From an uncultured Bacilli bacterium (GTDB taxonomy: Bacteria > Bacillota_I > Bacilli_A > RFN20 > CAG-449): DNA of 64,000 nt. Below, in pieces: positions 9,787 to 19,817 of the stretch; within the stretch, counting starts at the first letter, position 1, and the number at the start of each line of letters is the position of its first letter. The DNA is taken from assembly GCA_947588815.1 (NCBI GenBank), contig CANQAG010000001.1, positions 65,038 through 129,037 of the forward strand. The letters run 5' to 3'. The notes beneath the pieces are model-generated. The model was not told the DNA's origin, made no database searches, and worked only from the letters and a program-made list of their open reading frames with translations. Position numbers and translations under genes: made by a program.

Positions 9787-10847
9787 TATAAAAGTCTTGT
9801 CCCTTCTTTATCAAAGATGAAATAACGTTTAAAGTCAATGTTGATTTCACTACCCGGTTGAACGTCAACATCACTTGGAATAATCGCTTTGCAAGTATTT
9901 TCTTGTCCATCAAATTTAAATATTAAAGTCTTATCACGACCGATGTATTCGACCATCTCAACATAGACTTTATATTTTCCTTTCGGATCAACTTTAATAT
10001 ATTCCGGTCTAACACCGATATTTAATCCGTCGAGAGTAGATAAATCTAAATTATGTTTTTCTTTAAATTCAGCATTATACATCATAATTTTTCCATCTTG
10101 AACAGTGGCAGGAATAATATTAATCGGTGGCGTTCCTAAAAACTTAGCGACAAACATATTCGCCGGTTCATTATAAACATCTTGAGGTTTACCAATTTGT
10201 TGCACAACACCGAAATTCATAACAACGATTTCATCGGAAATCGACATCGCTTCTTCTTGGTCGTGGGTAACGAAAATAGTTGTAATACCCGTTTCTTTTT
10301 GAATTCTTTTAATTTCTTCTCTGGTTTGCAAACGTAATCTTGCATCCAAGTTAGAAAGTGGTTCATCTAAAAGAAGAACTTCCGGCATTTTAACAAGCGC
10401 ACGGGCGATTGCAACACGTTGTTGTTGTCCGCCAGATAATTGTCCTGGTGTCCGCGCCATCAAATCACCAATACCGACTAAATTAGCCATTTCTTGTGCA
10501 CGTCTAAGTGCCTCTTTCTTTTCAACCTTCATGTTCTCTAACGGAAACATGATATTTTGTTGAACCGTAAGATGTGGGTACAAAGCATAGTTTTGGAAAA
10601 CTAAACCAATACCTCTTTTTTCAGGTGGAAATTTACTTACTTCGTTGTTTTCAAAATAAATTTCCCCTTCCGTTGGACGATGAAGACCGGCAATCATGTA
10701 AAGAGTCGTCGATTTTCCGCAGCCTGAAGGACCTAATAATCCTACAAGTTTGCCAGAAGGAATCGTGATGTTTAAATGATCAACCGCGACAACGTTACCC
10801 TCTTTCTTACTAAAACATTTAGTAAGATTGACAAGTTTAACTTCCAT
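9786..10847 (-). CDS. ABC transporter ATP-binding protein (MalK/UgpC/MsmX-type)
   Basis: Walker A GPSGCGKST, signature LSGGQQQRVAIARAL, Walker B LLLDEPLSNLD, and a C-terminal MalK-like regulatory domain. RBS AGGAGGA. Confidence 0.9.
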   Translation of the reverse strand: MEVKLVNLTKCFSKKEGNVVAVDHLNITIPSGKLVGLLGPSGCGKSTTLYMIAGLHRPTEGEIYFENNEVSKFPPEKRGIGLVFQNYALYPHLTVQQNIMFPLENMKVEKKEALRRAQEMANLVGIGDLMARTPGQLSGGQQQRVAIARALVKMPEVLLLDEPLSNLDARLRLQTREEIKRIQKETGITTIFVTHDQEEAMSISDEIVVMNFGVVQQIGKPQDVYNEPANMFVAKFLGTPPINIIPATVQDGKIMMYNAEFKEKHNLDLSTLDGLNIGVRPEYIKVDPKGKYKVYVEMVEYIGRDKTLIFKFDGQENTCKAIIPSDVDVQPGSEINIDFKRYFIFDKEGTRLL

Positions 10848-10994
10848 GGTAATCCTCCTAATGGTTATAACACAATTATTTTACTTTATATTAGCTTTTT
10901 TTTCAACACATAATGTTCCTCATAACGCCTGCATACACATTTTTTACACTTGTCAAAAAATAACAAATACAACGTTTTTTTGTTTCGAATTTAC

Positions 10995-11330
10995 TTATTT
11001 TTCCAAACGAAATCTCCATTTTTGTAAATTGAAATTTTGTTTTCTTTCACATAAAAATGTGGCGACCGATAATAAGTAGTCGTTCCTCCCATAATAAAAT
11101 ATAAATTCAATTACATCATCTTTATATATGAAATTATATCGTAACAATTTTTGATATCTAGGAAAAACTTTCTTGATTTCCAAATCGAATTCTTTCATAA
11201 AGCTTCTATCTTTATTTGCAATCTTCTCTTCAATTACCTTATGCGAAATAATAAAATAATCAAAAAAAGCATCAATAGTTTTTTTGCAAATATCGTCAAT
11301 ATAAATTTCTTTGTATTTTGCTTCAAACAT
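10995..11330 (-). CDS. hypothetical protein (111 aa)
   Basis: ORF with no recognizable motif. Co-oriented and adjacent to the small membrane ORF and the RDD paralog set. Confidence 0.4.
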   Translation of the reverse strand: MFEAKYKEIYIDDICKKTIDAFFDYFIISHKVIEEKIANKDRSFMKEFDLEIKKVFPRYQKLLRYNFIYKDDVIEFIFYYGRNDYLLSVATFLCERKQNFNLQKWRFRLEK

Positions 11331-11338
11331 ATTTCAAA

Positions 11339-11467
11339 TCATATCATTTGTATTAAATAGACAATAGCGCACGCAAAAATAAATCCTAATACAAAGCCAA
11401 GAATTTTTGCCCACTTAGGCAACGCTACTCCGTCAAGTCTTTCTAAATCATCGGTCTTTTTTTTCAT
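11339..11467 (-). CDS. small membrane protein (42 aa, MKKKTDDLERLDGVALPKWAKILGFVLGFIFACAIVYLIQMI)
   Basis: Below the ORF-track size cutoff. ATG preceded by AAGGAGA at 9-nt spacing; one predicted TM helix; stop TGA overlaps the next start context (ATGATATGA). Confidence 0.3.
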   Translation of the reverse strand: MKKKTDDLERLDGVALPKWAKILGFVLGFIFACAIVYLIQMI

Positions 11468-11471
11468 AATC

Positions 11472-12278
11472 TTATTCTCCTTGTAATAGTTCCTTATCAC
11501 TATTAGTTAAGACATAAGTGTCCGCTAATAAATCATCTAGACCTGTACCTTTTTTAGTAAAGCATACAATTAGAGTTTGTAGCAATAAAAACATCCCCGG
11601 TATGATAGTTGAAAAGAAAACTAGGACAATCATTTCGACTAAATAACGAATAATAACTTGTATAAAATGAACGTCATTTCCATGTTTTGATATTAATGAC
11701 ATTCGAGTAATGATTTTTCCAAGTGTTTTTCTATCTTTTCGACATAATGGAATTACTAAAAGCAAAATTGTACACGAAGCAAACAAAGAAATATCAGATC
11801 CAAGAGCAACTTTATTACTAGTAATTGCAGTACATTCAATATAAGTAGGGTCTTTTGCTAAAGTATTCAAAGCCAAAACCAATTGATCAGCAAAAAAAGT
11901 TCTAATTCCATCGTCATTTTCTTCTAATCCATCTTTTAAGGATCCATCAAAAGTGAAATAACCGCTTTTTTCTTTAGCCTCTTGATAAGATATAGAACCA
12001 CTAGTCATATCATAGGAGTATATTTTATAAAATTCTTCAAGATGCTTATCAAAATTAGATTCTATCGATACTAGAGAACCATTTTTTTCTTCATATAAAG
12101 ATGATTCTCTTAAAATATTAATTTGTGTATTGTAAGCATTTTGATATACTTGATCATTCTTCAAAATCACTTCAGTATAAAAAATTGTCATTAAAAAGAG
12201 AACGATAAAAACAAAGAGAACATCTAGCAAACCGGACAAAAGGCGCATTAAACGTCCGGAAGCACTAATTTTGTTCAT
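11472..12278 (-). CDS. RDD-family membrane protein, paralog 1 of 3
   Basis: N-terminal RLMRLLSGLLD (R..D); C-terminal TLGKIITRMSLIS and DDLLADTYVL (RDD hallmarks). A roughly 130-aa loop sits between TM1 and TM2. Confidence 0.6.
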   Translation of the reverse strand: MNKISASGRLMRLLSGLLDVLFVFIVLFLMTIFYTEVILKNDQVYQNAYNTQINILRESSLYEEKNGSLVSIESNFDKHLEEFYKIYSYDMTSGSISYQEAKEKSGYFTFDGSLKDGLEENDDGIRTFFADQLVLALNTLAKDPTYIECTAITSNKVALGSDISLFASCTILLLVIPLCRKDRKTLGKIITRMSLISKHGNDVHFIQVIIRYLVEMIVLVFFSTIIPGMFLLLQTLIVCFTKKGTGLDDLLADTYVLTNSDKELLQGE

Positions 12279-13080
12279 TTACATCATCTCCTTGTTCCTC
12301 ATAAGGAATTATATCATAAGTAAAATCAACAACGACAGTATATCCAATATAATCATGGAATGCCATATTACGCCGATTTAAAAAGATAAGTAAAAATGAC
12401 GCTAATAATAAGTATAAACCTATTCCTTGAAAAGGAATTAAAAGAACTGCTATACAATAAATTATAAAACGCGGTATAAGTTGCCATTTTTTCATTTGAT
12501 AACCACTAGCGCTTACTAAAGATAACCTTGTGATTCTCTTTCCAATCGTTTTTCCGTTTTTACCAATAAATGGGATTATTAGTTCAAATACTAAGCAAGA
12601 TAAAAAACCACCGATTAAAATCGATATATTTGAAGTTCTGTTTTCAAAAGATAGATATGCATTATATCTTTCATCTGTAGCAAATAAATTTGTCCTAGCA
12701 TATAAAACCTGAGATATATAAAAATCACGTAATTCCTCACTATCTACATTTTCTTTGATAGTGCCATCTTCATTGAAATATCCACTGTTGTTTTTATGAT
12801 CTTGATAATCATTAAGTTTACCATATAAAGTAAAACAATAAGTTAAATGCTCATCAAAATCATCTTGAATGATACTTACGCCATCTTCTATTTTTTCATA
12901 TAAAGTAGATTCGATTAATACTTCTTGATATTTTTCTTTTAGTTCACCATATGAACTAGAATTATTATTGATAAGCAAGTGGATTAAATTTCCGGTTAAG
13001 AACATCATTAAAAGAACAAGTATCAAATCAATAAAACCTGAGATAAATCGTCTTAAAATAGTTGGTCTTCCAATATTCAT
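12265..13080 (-). CDS. RDD-family membrane protein, paralog 2 of 3
   Basis: ILRRFISGFIDL; TIGKRITRLSLVS; HDYIGYTVVVD. Alignable with paralogs 1 and 3. Confidence 0.6.
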   Translation of the reverse strand: MNIGRPTILRRFISGFIDLILVLLMMFLTGNLIHLLINNNSSSYGELKEKYQEVLIESTLYEKIEDGVSIIQDDFDEHLTYCFTLYGKLNDYQDHKNNSGYFNEDGTIKENVDSEELRDFYISQVLYARTNLFATDERYNAYLSFENRTSNISILIGGFLSCLVFELIIPFIGKNGKTIGKRITRLSLVSASGYQMKKWQLIPRFIIYCIAVLLIPFQGIGLYLLLASFLLIFLNRRNMAFHDYIGYTVVVDFTYDIIPYEEQGDDVNEQN

Positions 13081-13083
13081 AAT

Positions 13084-14094
13084 TTATGCTTTATCGTCTA
13101 TCGTTGAAACCACATCGCGTTCTTGAGTTTCAAGGCCTGTTTCTTGTTCTTCCACGCTTTGTACGTCTTTAGAAAAATCAAAATACTGCATATCAACCAC
13201 CATAGTAGATGTCACAAAATCTTCTACAGTACGTCCTTTATTATTCAAAAGCATAATGATAATAAATAACACCAAAGGTAATCCCATCACATAAAACGAT
13301 GGTACAAGACCCACTAGCACAAAAAATAAGCTTCTGAGAAATACTCGTGGTCTTGAAGCAATTTCCATAGTTTTTATATCAACGATTGTCAAAGCCATCA
13401 TCCTCTTTCCAAGGGTCATTCTCCGTTTGCTAATTACAGGGATTACAAAGTAAAAAATGATAAGCGAAAGTGCCATTGCAATTGCGTTCGTAACAAAGCC
13501 ATAGACACCTACTTTAGTTATTTGTCGTGCTACTTCTCCGTCTTTATATGAACCGATACTTTGTTCTTCCATCCAAGAGGAGGCGATTGTAGTCAAAAAC
13601 GACTTAACTTCATCTTCTTTAGCCGAAGGATTGATCTCTCCGTTGGTAAATAGTGAATTATTGTCGTTTTTTTGTTTTAAATATTTATCAGATTCTCCGA
13701 TTTCATTATAAAAATGCGTTAAATATCGATCTAATTCTTCACTGGTAATTTGTAATTTTTCATCAGTTAAATAACAATAATTATATTCTGAATTTTCAGT
13801 TTTTACTTTATTAAGAGCTTCGGCACGTTCTGCCTCAGATGATTCATAATCGGCATATATTGTAATTACATAACCATTATCGATTTCGACGGCCGTTTGC
13901 CCGATAACCACAACGCCTAAATCAACTAAACTTTCATAAGCTTTGTATGTGTCTTCAATATATGGTGTGGTGCTATAAGTAATCGGCATAACAAGCGAAC
14001 TAAGCAATAGATAGCAAACAATATACGTAAGACCTAAATCTATAAAAGCGGCTCCGATTCTTTTTAAAGGTGATGCTTTAATAAAATCATTCAT
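13084..14094 (-). CDS. RDD-family membrane protein, paralog 3 of 3
   Basis: LKRIGAAFIDL; TLGKRMMALTIVD; EDFVTSTMVVD. Longest loop, about 170 aa. Confidence 0.6.
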   Translation of the reverse strand: MNDFIKASPLKRIGAAFIDLGLTYIVCYLLLSSLVMPITYSTTPYIEDTYKAYESLVDLGVVVIGQTAVEIDNGYVITIYADYESSEAERAEALNKVKTENSEYNYCYLTDEKLQITSEELDRYLTHFYNEIGESDKYLKQKNDNNSLFTNGEINPSAKEDEVKSFLTTIASSWMEEQSIGSYKDGEVARQITKVGVYGFVTNAIAMALSLIIFYFVIPVISKRRMTLGKRMMALTIVDIKTMEIASRPRVFLRSLFFVLVGLVPSFYVMGLPLVLFIIIMLLNNKGRTVEDFVTSTMVVDMQYFDFSKDVQSVEEQETGLETQERDVVSTIDDKA

Positions 14095-14245
14095 TTTTTA
14101 ACCTCTTTTTCTTTATTGTATCATAACACTTAATATAGGTTTTTTTCAATATGGAGAGATTTTACTCAATGAAATTAATTTGTCTTTCTCCTTAAAGTAA
14201 TTTTTAATTATCAATTTCATATTTTATATGATAGGAGGACTATTT

Positions 14246-14935
14246 ATGAAACAAATCTATTCTGCCTCGGTATATATCTCCGATATTAACGAAACAGTAA
14301 AGACGATTGCTAAAAAACATAATTTAGAGGAATTTGACATTCTTAAATTAAATAGTCGATTTAAAAATATTCACGTTCAACCTTTAACCCCCATTCATCT
14401 TCCATCAGAAGATCAAGCATCGATGATACAAGAATCTCGGCAAGAAACACCTTCAAACGATATCTTTTTAATGTCACGCTATATAGATCGCATAAATTAC
14501 GAGATAAAAGAATTAATATTATCTAAAATATTTATTAACGAAAATACCGAATTTAGCTTAAATACCATTCGTCGAGAACTCGATAAAATCTCCTATATCT
14601 TGCAAAACAAATTAGTGTTCCCTACTCAACAAATTATTGAAGCTATCAGCAATTTATCTAATTTTGCCAAAACTTTAGATAAAAACGACTCAAAAGAAAT
14701 AACCCTCATTCAAAAACGTTTAGACAAAGTAACCGATGAAATTATAAACTCTCTTGCAGTCAATAAAAACAATCAAGAACGGTTAAATCTCAGCATTAAA
14801 ATTCATGAAATCAAAAAGCAATGGCAAATGTATATTCTAAAACTCGCCGGTTATAAATTTAATGAAGCGGCAAATATTTATGATGAAATTTTAGAAAAAG
14901 TAGAAGCATTAATAAAAACTACTTTTTCTTCTTAA
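14246..14935 (+). CDS. hypothetical cytoplasmic protein (229 aa from the ATG at 14246)
   Basis: AGGAGGAC RBS 5 nt before the ATG at 14246 (MKQIYSAS...). The 14228 start in the ORF track lacks an RBS. No recognizable domain. Confidence 0.5.
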   Translation: MKQIYSASVYISDINETVKTIAKKHNLEEFDILKLNSRFKNIHVQPLTPIHLPSEDQASMIQESRQETPSNDIFLMSRYIDRINYEIKELILSKIFINENTEFSLNTIRRELDKISYILQNKLVFPTQQIIEAISNLSNFAKTLDKNDSKEITLIQKRLDKVTDEIINSLAVNKNNQERLNLSIKIHEIKKQWQMYILKLAGYKFNEAANIYDEILEKVEALIKTTFSS

Positions 14936-15185
14936 AAATTAATCCGTTGATAATTTGAAAGACAATTCCCAAAAAAATAATGATCCTTCTTTTATCGGTA
15001 TAGAGCACAAAAAAAGGAATTAAAATTATAAGAGTAATCATTCCCCGAATCGCGTAAGCTTTAACACGTTCAAAATAAAAAGCCATCTCTGCATCTTGTC
15101 CGATCACTTTTTTAGAAACAAAATAGAGTCCTAAAGGAAAAAGTGAAACTAATTCAACGAAAATAAAGGCGATCAATTCTTTCAT
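14919..15185 (-). CDS. small membrane protein (88 aa)
   Basis: Two predicted TM helices. Convergent with the preceding plus-strand gene and overlaps it by 17 nt. Confidence 0.3.
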   Translation of the reverse strand: MKELIAFIFVELVSLFPLGLYFVSKKVIGQDAEMAFYFERVKAYAIRGMITLIILIPFFVLYTDKRRIIIFLGIVFQIINGLIFKKKK

Positions 15186-15296
15186 TCATTTCACCAAATA
15201 AAAGCATAAAATAATCATTTTTGAAATGCAACCTTGCTTGAACAATAATTATCAATATCGTATTTAATAAATTAACGTCCATACGACATTTATCGT

Positions 15297-15326
15297 AAAA
15301 AAAAGCGTTCGCCGAAACGAACGCTT
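15297..15326 (-). terminator. rho-independent terminator downstream of tuf
   Basis: Stem AAGCGTTCG / CGAACGCTT (9 bp), loop CCGAAA, followed on the minus strand by a U8 tract. Confidence 0.6.
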
Positions 15327-15344
15327 TTGAGCTTGTAAATGAAA

Positions 15345-16529
15345 TTATTTAATAATTTCGTTAACAGTACCAGCACCGACGGTACGACCGCCTTCACGAA
15401 TTGAGAATTTGGTTCCTTTTTCGATAGCAACTGGGTGAATTAACTCAACAGTCAATTCAACGTTGTCACCAGGCATAACCATTTCAACGCCAGCCGGGAG
15501 TGTGATAACACCGGTGATATCAGTAGTACGGAAATAGAATTGTGGACGATAGTTGCTTAAGAAAGCAGTGTGACGGCCACCTTCTTCTTTAGTTAAAACG
15601 TAAACTGAAGCCGAGAATTTGGTATGTGGAGTAACTGAACCTGGTTTTGCAAGAACTTGACCACGGACGACTTCATCACGGGCAATGCCTCTTAAAAGGA
15701 CACCAATGTTGTCACCGGCTTCTGCGAAATCAAGCAATTTACGGAACATTTCAATACCGGTAACGACTGATTTCTTGGTTTCTTTAATACCAACGATTTC
15801 AACTTCTTCGTTGACCTTTAAGATACCTCTTTCAACTCTACCGGTAACAACGGTTCCACGACCAGTAATCGTTAAAACGTCTTCGATAGCAAGTAAGAAA
15901 GGTTTATCATTATCTCTAACCGGAGCTGGAATGTAATTGTCGACCGCATCCATCAATTCCAAAATTGATTTTTCGGCCTCTGGATCTCCGTCCAAAGCTT
16001 TCTTGGCAGAACCTCTAATAATTGGGGTCTCATCGCCTGGGAAGCCATAGCTATTGAGAATGTCACGGATATCCATTTCAACTAATTCGATTAATTCTTC
16101 ATCGTCAACTAAGTCGGTCTTGTTGAGATAGACGACGATGTAAGGAACGCCAACTTGTCTCGCTAAAAGAATGTGTTCGCGAGTTTGTGGCATAACACCA
16201 TCGGTGGCAGCGACAACTAGAATCGCACCATCCATTTGGGCAGCACCGGTGATCATGTTTTTAACATAGTCAGCGTGGCCTGGGCAGTCAACGTGAGCAT
16301 AGTGTCTCGTTGCTGTTTGATATTCGATGTGGGCAGTATTAATTGTAATACCACGAGCCTTTTCTTCTGGGGCCGCATCGATTTGGTCGTAAGCTTTCTT
16401 TTCAGCTCCGCCTTGTTTCGCTAAAACCGAAGTAATAGCGGCAGTTAATGTGGTTTTACCATGGTCAACGTGTCCGATGGTACCAATATTAACGTGAACT
16501 TTGCTTCTGTCAAATTTTTCCTTTGCCAT
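15345..16529 (-). CDS. tuf: elongation factor Tu
   Basis: Full-length 394 aa. GHVDHGKTT and DCPGH motifs; NKTD present (NKTD in place of the canonical NKCD). Confidence 0.97.
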   Translation of the reverse strand: MAKEKFDRSKVHVNIGTIGHVDHGKTTLTAAITSVLAKQGGAEKKAYDQIDAAPEEKARGITINTAHIEYQTATRHYAHVDCPGHADYVKNMITGAAQMDGAILVVAATDGVMPQTREHILLARQVGVPYIVVYLNKTDLVDDEELIELVEMDIRDILNSYGFPGDETPIIRGSAKKALDGDPEAEKSILELMDAVDNYIPAPVRDNDKPFLLAIEDVLTITGRGTVVTGRVERGILKVNEEVEIVGIKETKKSVVTGIEMFRKLLDFAEAGDNIGVLLRGIARDEVVRGQVLAKPGSVTPHTKFSASVYVLTKEEGGRHTAFLSNYRPQFYFRTTDITGVITLPAGVEMVMPGDNVELTVELIHPVAIEKGTKFSIREGGRTVGAGTVNEIIK

Positions 16530-16602
16530 TTGTATTCCTCCTTGATAGCTTAGAATAACGTATTTATTTTAAAGCATTATTTTTTTAAAAGCAATAATAT
16601 TT

Positions 16603-18675
16603 CTATTTGTTGCCTCTCTTCTTGATAATTTCATCGATGATAAATTTTGGACATTCTTCATAGCGATCCAAACTCATCACATAGTTTCCACGTCCCTGTG
16701 TAAATGAGCGAAGATCGGTAACATATCCAAACATATTAGCTAGTGGGACCGAAGCATCGATAACTTGAGCATTACCTCTAGCATTCATACCATCGACAGT
16801 ACCACGTCTCGCGGCAATATCACCGATGACATCGCCCATGTATTCTTGTGGAACTGTAACTTCAACTTTCATGATCGGTTCAAGAATAACCGGATCACAT
16901 TTTTTAGCTGCTTCTTTCAAAGCCAAAGACGCCGCAACTTTATAAGCTGCTTCCGATGAGTCGACATCATGGTATGATCCATCAAATAAGGTCGCCTTGA
17001 TATCGATAATCGGATATCCCGCTAATAAACCTCTATCCAAAGATTCTTTAAGTCCGTCGCAAGTTGGTTTGATGTATTCTCTTGGAACTACACCACCGAC
17101 AATCGCATCAACGAATTCGAAACCTTTGCCCGGATTCGGTTCAAATTTAATCCAAACGTGACCATATTGACCATGACCACCGGATTGTTTAATATATTTA
17201 CCTTCACAATCGGCAGTTTTTCTAATCGTTTCACGATAAGCGACTTGCGGAGCGCCTACGTTACATTCAACTTTGAATTCATCTTTAAGTCTCGTAACTA
17301 AAACGTCAAGATGAAGTTCGCCGACACCGGCAATAATCGATTGGCCGGTATCCGGATCGGTATAGAATTTAAATGTCGGATCTTCTTCGGCTAATTTCAA
17401 TAATCCGGCAGTCATCTTTTCTTGATCGGCTTTTGATTTTGGTTCAATAGCTTCACTGATAACCGGATCAGAGAATTGAATTGATTCGAGTATTAGTGGA
17501 TGATTTTCATCGCATAATGTGTCACCGGTCGTAGTCGATTTTAATCCGACAGCGGCTCCGATATCACCGGCATTGATTTCTTCGACTTCATCACGTTTAT
17601 TAGCGTGCATTAAAACTAATCGAGAAAATCTTTCCTTAACGCCTTTGGTCGCATTATAAACATAAGAACCAGACTTTGCCGTACCCGAATAAACTCTAAA
17701 GAAGCAGAGTTTCCCGATAAACGGGTCAGTCATAATCTTAAAGGCCAAAGCTGCTAAAGGTTTATCATCTTCCGGAACACATTCGACATCTTCGCCATGT
17801 TCATTTTTACCGACGGCGTGTTTAATATCAACTGGGGAAGGTAAATAATCGACGATGGCATCGAGCAATGGTTGAATACCTTTGTTCTTATATGCCGAAC
17901 CGGCAAGAACCGGGAAGAATTCGCCGCTTAAAACCGCTTTACGAATCGCATTTTTGATCTCATCGATAGTCGGTTCTTGATCTTCGAGGACTTTCATCAT
18001 GATATCATCATCATAATTAGCTAAGTTTTCAATTAATTCTTTTCTTAATTGTTCGCATTTGTCCTTTAAATCCGCCGGAACATCGACGATTTCAGGGTGT
18101 TCTCCTTTAACATCCGAATAAATATAACCTTTTCTTTCGATAATGTCGACAACACCTTTGAGATTCGATTCAAGTCCGATTGGATATTGAATCGGTGAAG
18201 CATTAGCACCGAGTTTTTCATGAATGGTACGAACACTCATCTCAAAATCAGCGCCAATGGCGTCTAATTTATTGACAAAGACAATTCTTGGAACGCCATA
18301 TTTGCTTCCTTGGCGCCACACCGTTTCAGTTTGCGGTTCAACACCGTTTTTTCCATCTAAAACCGTGACCGCACCATCGAGTACCCGCAAGGAACGTTCA
18401 ACTTCAGCCGTGAAGTCAACGTGGCCTGGAGTGTCGATAATGTTAATTCGATGGCCTTTCCAGAAACAAGTAGTAGCGGCGGAAGTAATTGTAATACCTC
18501 TGTCTTGCTCTTGTTTCATCCAGTCCATTGTCGCTGTACCCTCGTGGGTATCGCCGATTTTATACACTTTACCTGTGTAATATAAAATTCTTTCAGTAGC
18601 TGTTGTTTTACCCGCATCAATATGAGCCATAATGCCAATGTTACGGGTATTAGCTATACTAACTTGACGAGCCAT
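16603..18675 (-). CDS. fusA: elongation factor G
   Basis: 690 aa. AHIDAGKTT and DTPGHVDF motifs. Conserved str-operon order. Confidence 0.97.
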   Translation of the reverse strand: MARQVSIANTRNIGIMAHIDAGKTTATERILYYTGKVYKIGDTHEGTATMDWMKQEQDRGITITSAATTCFWKGHRINIIDTPGHVDFTAEVERSLRVLDGAVTVLDGKNGVEPQTETVWRQGSKYGVPRIVFVNKLDAIGADFEMSVRTIHEKLGANASPIQYPIGLESNLKGVVDIIERKGYIYSDVKGEHPEIVDVPADLKDKCEQLRKELIENLANYDDDIMMKVLEDQEPTIDEIKNAIRKAVLSGEFFPVLAGSAYKNKGIQPLLDAIVDYLPSPVDIKHAVGKNEHGEDVECVPEDDKPLAALAFKIMTDPFIGKLCFFRVYSGTAKSGSYVYNATKGVKERFSRLVLMHANKRDEVEEINAGDIGAAVGLKSTTTGDTLCDENHPLILESIQFSDPVISEAIEPKSKADQEKMTAGLLKLAEEDPTFKFYTDPDTGQSIIAGVGELHLDVLVTRLKDEFKVECNVGAPQVAYRETIRKTADCEGKYIKQSGGHGQYGHVWIKFEPNPGKGFEFVDAIVGGVVPREYIKPTCDGLKESLDRGLLAGYPIIDIKATLFDGSYHDVDSSEAAYKVAASLALKEAAKKCDPVILEPIMKVEVTVPQEYMGDVIGDIAARRGTVDGMNARGNAQVIDASVPLANMFGYVTDLRSFTQGRGNYVMSLDRYEECPKFIIDEIIKKRGNK

Positions 18676-18693
18676 ATTGCTATTCTCCTCAAA

Positions 18694-19164
18694 TTACCAA
18701 CGATAATGAGCATAAGCCTTGTTGGCTTCAGCCATCTTGTGGGTATCTTCTCTTTTCTTAACCGAAGCGCCGGTTCCGTTAGCGGCATCGATAATTTCAC
18801 CCGCTAAACGATCTTCCATGCTCTTTTCACCTCTAAGACGAGAATAATTAACTAACCATCTTAAGCCTAAAGTAACGCGTCGTTCCGCAGAAACTTCAAT
18901 CGGCACTTGATAATTAGCCGCACCGATTCTTTTAACTCTTAATTCAAGAGCCGGCATAATATTTCCAATGGCAACTTCAAAAACTTCCATCGCTGGTTTT
19001 CCGGTTTTGGCTTCGACTTTTTGGAAAGCGGTATAAAGGATTTTTTGAGCGGTTCCTTTTTTACCATCCATCATAATTTTATTAATTAAACGTGTTACAA
19101 GTTTTGAATTATAAATTGGATCTGGTAACACATCACGTTTTGCAACATTTCCTTTACGTGACAT
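18694..19164 (-). CDS. rpsG: 30S ribosomal protein S7
   Basis: 156 aa, typical S7 sequence, between rpsL and fusA. Confidence 0.95.
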   Translation of the reverse strand: MSRKGNVAKRDVLPDPIYNSKLVTRLINKIMMDGKKGTAQKILYTAFQKVEAKTGKPAMEVFEVAIGNIMPALELRVKRIGAANYQVPIEVSAERRVTLGLRWLVNYSRLRGEKSMEDRLAGEIIDAANGTGASVKKREDTHKMAEANKAYAHYRW

Positions 19165-19191
19165 AACAATTCCTCCTTTCCTATTTATTTA

Positions 19192-19611
19192 TTATTTCTT
19201 TTCTTTAGGTTTTTTTGTTCCGTATTGTGATCTAGCTTGTTTGCGGTCAGTGACACCGGCACAATCTAAAGTACCACGAACGATATGATAACGAACACCA
19301 GGTAAATCCTTAACACGGCCACCGCGGATTAAAACGGTGCTGTGTTCTTGAAGATTGTGTCCTTCACCACCGATATAAGCGGTAACTTCATAACCATTGC
19401 TTAAGCGTACACGAGCATATTTACGAAGAGCCGAATTCGGTTTTTTAGGAGTCATCGTTCCAACACGAGTGCAAACACCGCGTTTTTGAGCGGAATCTTG
19501 ATTTCTCTCTTTCTTAGCGAGTGAATCCCAGCGTTTGTTTAAAGCTGGTGCCTTGGATTTTTCTAATGTCTTGGTTCGTCCGTTGCGGACTAATTGGTTG
19601 ATAGTTGGCAT
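19192..19611 (-). CDS. rpsL: 30S ribosomal protein S12
   Basis: 139 aa, MPTINQLVR..., conserved [10 protein letters not shown] segment. Confidence 0.95.
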   Translation of the reverse strand: MPTINQLVRNGRTKTLEKSKAPALNKRWDSLAKKERNQDSAQKRGVCTRVGTMTPKKPNSALRKYARVRLSNGYEVTAYIGGEGHNLQEHSTVLIRGGRVKDLPGVRYHIVRGTLDCAGVTDRKQARSQYGTKKPKEKK

Positions 19612-19716
19612 TTAGAATGTCTCTCCTTTCTTGATGTTTAGCAAACTACAATTCCGGGTGTTTCGCATCCTTTCTAAAAAAATAGGATGCCCTAGCATCA
19701 TAGTCACACGCTTGAT

Positions 19717-19745
19717 ATTTTAACCACTGAAAATAAAAGTTGCAA
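19717..19745 (-). promoter_or_regulatory. sigma-70-type promoter of the str operon (-35 TTGCAA, 17-nt spacer, -10 TAAAAT)
   Basis: Minus-strand -35 at 19740-19745 and -10 at 19717-19722. The -35 sits in one arm of a 10-bp inverted repeat (AAAGTTGCAA ... TTGCAACTTT). Confidence 0.4.
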
Positions 19746-19817
19746 CATTTTTTTTATTTTTTGCAACTTTAATTAGATTTTATCTTTCCAAAACAAAATA
19801 TTGATTGTTTAAGAATT

